A stretch of 64,000 nucleotides of DNA. Source: Squalus acanthias (Eukaryota). The notes under the pieces are model-generated. The model made no database searches and had not been told where the DNA came from. It worked only from the letters and a program-made list of their open reading frames with translations. Below, in pieces: positions 61,739-64,000 of this stretch. Made by a program: the position numbers and the translations under genes. Numbering within the stretch: position 1 is the stretch's first letter; every line of letters starts with the position of its first letter. The stretch is taken from the NCBI GenBank assembly GCA_030390025.1, contig JASTWF010000093.1:1054001-1118000 (forward strand), read 5' to 3'.

Positions 61739-63127
61739 CTGGAACCGGTGCAGCCTGCCTACCTGTGTCCTTTTAAAAGACACGCACAGGAGGGGGTCTC
61801 CTGTAAGGAGGCCAGGTTAAAAGAGCAGGCATTGCGGGAGGAGAACGCCCGTTTAATGGGAAAAATAGACGTGCTAGAAGGGCAGCTTAGAGAGATAAAA
61901 GCAGCCTACAGGGTAGCCAAAAGCAGGGAGAATGAGGATTTAAATCAGTGCAAACTGTATAAGCCGGGTGCACAAGGGCCAACCACAGGGGCCAAACCTG
62001 CGAGTGGGGACTCGCAGCCCCAGGTAGGGCCTCAGGGCACACAGGCAGGCAAAGCAGCTTGCATCAGGGGAGAGGACATCCTAGCAAAATGTAGGATCCT
62101 TTATTTGGGTTGGGAGTCAGATGAGGAAGAGTTCGAGGAGCTCAACGAAGATAGTGACACAAGCGAAGAGGAGCTGGAATCGGAGGACGAAAGGGTCGCC
62201 CCCGATTCAGGTATAGGGGAGACAGGGGCTGCAGATAGAGATCCACACAGGGTGGAGGCCGAAGCTGCATGTCCCGAACGCAGGGGGGCGGAGCTAGGGG
62301 AGGCGGAGCCAGCCGCTGTGGTGGGACCACAGGGCGTGGCGATGGAAGCCTCAGAGCCCGAGCCACCCGCCTTGAACGTCTTGCCCTCGAGGGAGGTAGG
62401 GACTGCGAGCAAAGGGCCGCCTACTGGGCCAAGTAGGGCGGTGCCACAAGCTGCAGATCCCGAGTTCAGGGAGGCGGAGTCAGGGGAGGCGGAGCCAGCG
62501 ACTGTGGTGGGACCACAGGTCGCCACGGTGGAAGTCTCGGAACCCGGTCCGTCAGTCCTGGAGTTCCTGCCCCCGGTAGTTCCCCGTAGGTCAGGTCGGA
62601 CACCCCAGCCCAGGAAGGCGTGGTCAAGTCCCCCGTACGCCCCAGGCGTAAGTTCAAGGTCAAGGCAGCCCAGGGAGAGCCCAGTCACAGCGCAGCAGCA
62701 ACAGGCTGTGGCAGATCAAAGGGAGGGGTCAATGCCCTCCCACCGTTGGGAGAAGCCTGCGGCAGCAACCGCAGAATTTGGGTGGAGAAGGATCGGGGAG
62801 GAGCATCGTGTGGGGTGTGGGGAAGGATCGGGGAGGAGCATCGTGTGGGGTGGGGGGAAGGATCGGGGAGGAGCATCGTGTGGGGTGGGGAAGGATCGGG
62901 GAGGAGCATCGTGTGGGGTGTGGGGAAGGATCGGTGTGGAGCATCGTGTGGGGTGGGGGGAAGGATCGGTGCGGAGCATCGTGTTGGGTGGGGGGAAGGA
63001 TCGGGGAGGAGCATCGTGTGGGGTGGGCGGTGGGGCACTGGAAGGATTGGAGTACACGTGCACCAATTGGAGTCATCGGGGGTGTGGATTGGGTGTGTGG
63101 GTTGGAGGCCATGTGGGGGGGACTTGA
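61739..63127 (+). CDS. In-frame post-gag ORF: coiled coil, acidic tract, Pro/Glu-rich internal repeat
   Basis: Same frame as gag after a single TGA; no PR/RT/IN motifs; C-terminus extended by a minisatellite. Confidence 0.5.
   Translation: MEPVQPAYLCPFKRHAQEGVSCKEARLKEQALREENARLMGKIDVLEGQLREIKAAYRVAKSRENEDLNQCKLYKPGAQGPTTGAKPASGDSQPQVGPQGTQAGKAACIRGEDILAKCRILYLGWESDEEEFEELNEDSDTSEEELESEDERVAPDSGIGETGAADRDPHRVEAEAACPERRGAELGEAEPAAVVGPQGVAMEASEPEPPALNVLPSREVGTASKGPPTGPSRAVPQAADPEFREAESGEAEPATVVGPQVATVEVSEPGPSVLEFLPPVVPRRSGRTPQPRKAWSSPPYAPGVSSRSRQPRESPVTAQQQQAVADQREGSMPSHRWEKPAAATAEFGWRRIGEEHRVGCGEGSGRSIVWGGGKDRGGASCGVGKDRGGASCGVWGRIGVEHRVGWGEGSVRSIVLGGGKDRGGASCGVGGGALEGLEYTCTNWSHRGCGLGVWVGGHVGGT
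62787..63027 (+). repeat. G-rich minisatellite, 7 x 33-35 bp
   Basis: (GAAGGATCGGGGAGGAGCATCGTGTGGGGTGKGGG)n. Confidence 0.95.
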
Positions 63128-63499
63128 AGGTCTCCGGGTTTGCTCGGGGGTGGAATTGGGGATCTCAGGGTGTGTTTGGAGGTCTCGGGATGGGATTGGA
63201 TTCACTCAATTCATTCACCTGGGAACGGGCGGCACTGTACAGTTATAAGATAAGTGATGAGTTTATAAGTTTATAAGTTTAAGTTCATAGTTTTAAATCA
63301 GGTTAAGTTTGTAGTTTAATTTTTTTAACAGAAAATGGTAAAATGATGGGAGTTAGAAATAGGAATAGTTAAAGTCTATCCAGTGCACATGTCTTCTTAC
63401 GTGAGGCGAGGTCAGGGGACCCGCTCACCCTTCACAAAAGCCAGAGACTCTTGGGAGGCTGGCTACCTCATTCTATCTGATCACAGGAACCAAGGAAGG

Positions 63500-64000
63500 A
63501 TGGAACGAATTCTAGTATTGCTCGTGGCAATCGGATGTGGATTGGCCTATCAAGGCCGCACCAAGGATGTCGTGGTGTTTGGATGCTCCGGGGACACGGC
63601 CCCCATCGCGGTGGATGGGACCGGAAGGCGAGAGGCTGAGGAGACCACCACCTATTTCCACAAGGGAAGGTGGCCAGGATGTCTGGGAACGAATTCCACT
63701 GAGTATTCCAGTACATCGGGTTTTGCCTACAAAGAGACTTCTTTAATGTGCCCCAAAGTGAGGATCATCGCACCCAGAGTCAGCGTCACCGTCGGCAAAC
63801 GGATTTGTTTGACTTGTAATGGGAATGTCCCATTGAGCCGATGGTGGTGGCTGCGAAAGCTGAGCAAAAACATGAGGAACTCTTCGGTCGAGTGGGAGCG
63901 ACTGGGTAATAACACCCATCGGACAATTACGGGGACAAACGGACAAGTGAGAGTCTGTTGGGACAAATGGTGGGAACCGGATGAGGGAATTTATGTATGT
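63500..64000 (+). CDS. Signal peptide + Ig-like domain glycoprotein, intronless, open to window end (env-position ORF)
   Basis: AGGATGG Kozak context; MERILVLLVAIGCGLA...VSVTVGKRICLTC...RWWWLRK...DEGIYVC; 167 codons without a stop; three NxS/T sequons; acceptor-like CTCATTCTATCTGATCACAG ending 63486. Confidence 0.8.
   Translation, partial: MERILVLLVAIGCGLAYQGRTKDVVVFGCSGDTAPIAVDGTGRREAEETTTYFHKGRWPGCLGTNSTEYSSTSGFAYKETSLMCPKVRIIAPRVSVTVGKRICLTCNGNVPLSRWWWLRKLSKNMRNSSVEWERLGNNTHRTITGTNGQVRVCWDKWWEPDEGIYVC

Overview
Repeat-rich vertebrate DNA, most likely a cartilaginous fish (shark), judging by HER1-type CR1 LINEs, HE1/V-SINE, SacSINE1-type Deu-SINEs and shark-type Penelope elements. The only recognisable host genes form a decaying cluster of B7/butyrophilin-like Ig genes (leader-IgV-IgC-TM). 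One is on + at 31.4-37.2 kb with two nonsense codons, one is on - at 14.2-18.6 kb with a nonsense codon and a Penelope insertion, and there are further exon fragments. Both IgC exons lack the canonical Ig cysteines. A block carrying 5S rDNA orphons occurs three times (about 1-12.2 kb inverted relative to 21.5-27.9 kb and 44-56 kb), so empty and filled insertion sites can be compared directly. Highlights: (1) a pol-less gag retroelement at the right edge, followed by an intronless signal-peptide + Ig-domain glycoprotein ORF (63500 to beyond 64000, absent from the ORF track) in an env-like position; (2) a 3.2-kb higher-order array inserted into the promoter of the B7-like gene; (3) a 1.69-kb solo LTR; (4) six minimal hammerhead ribozyme motifs. 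All calls were made by eye; no searches were run.
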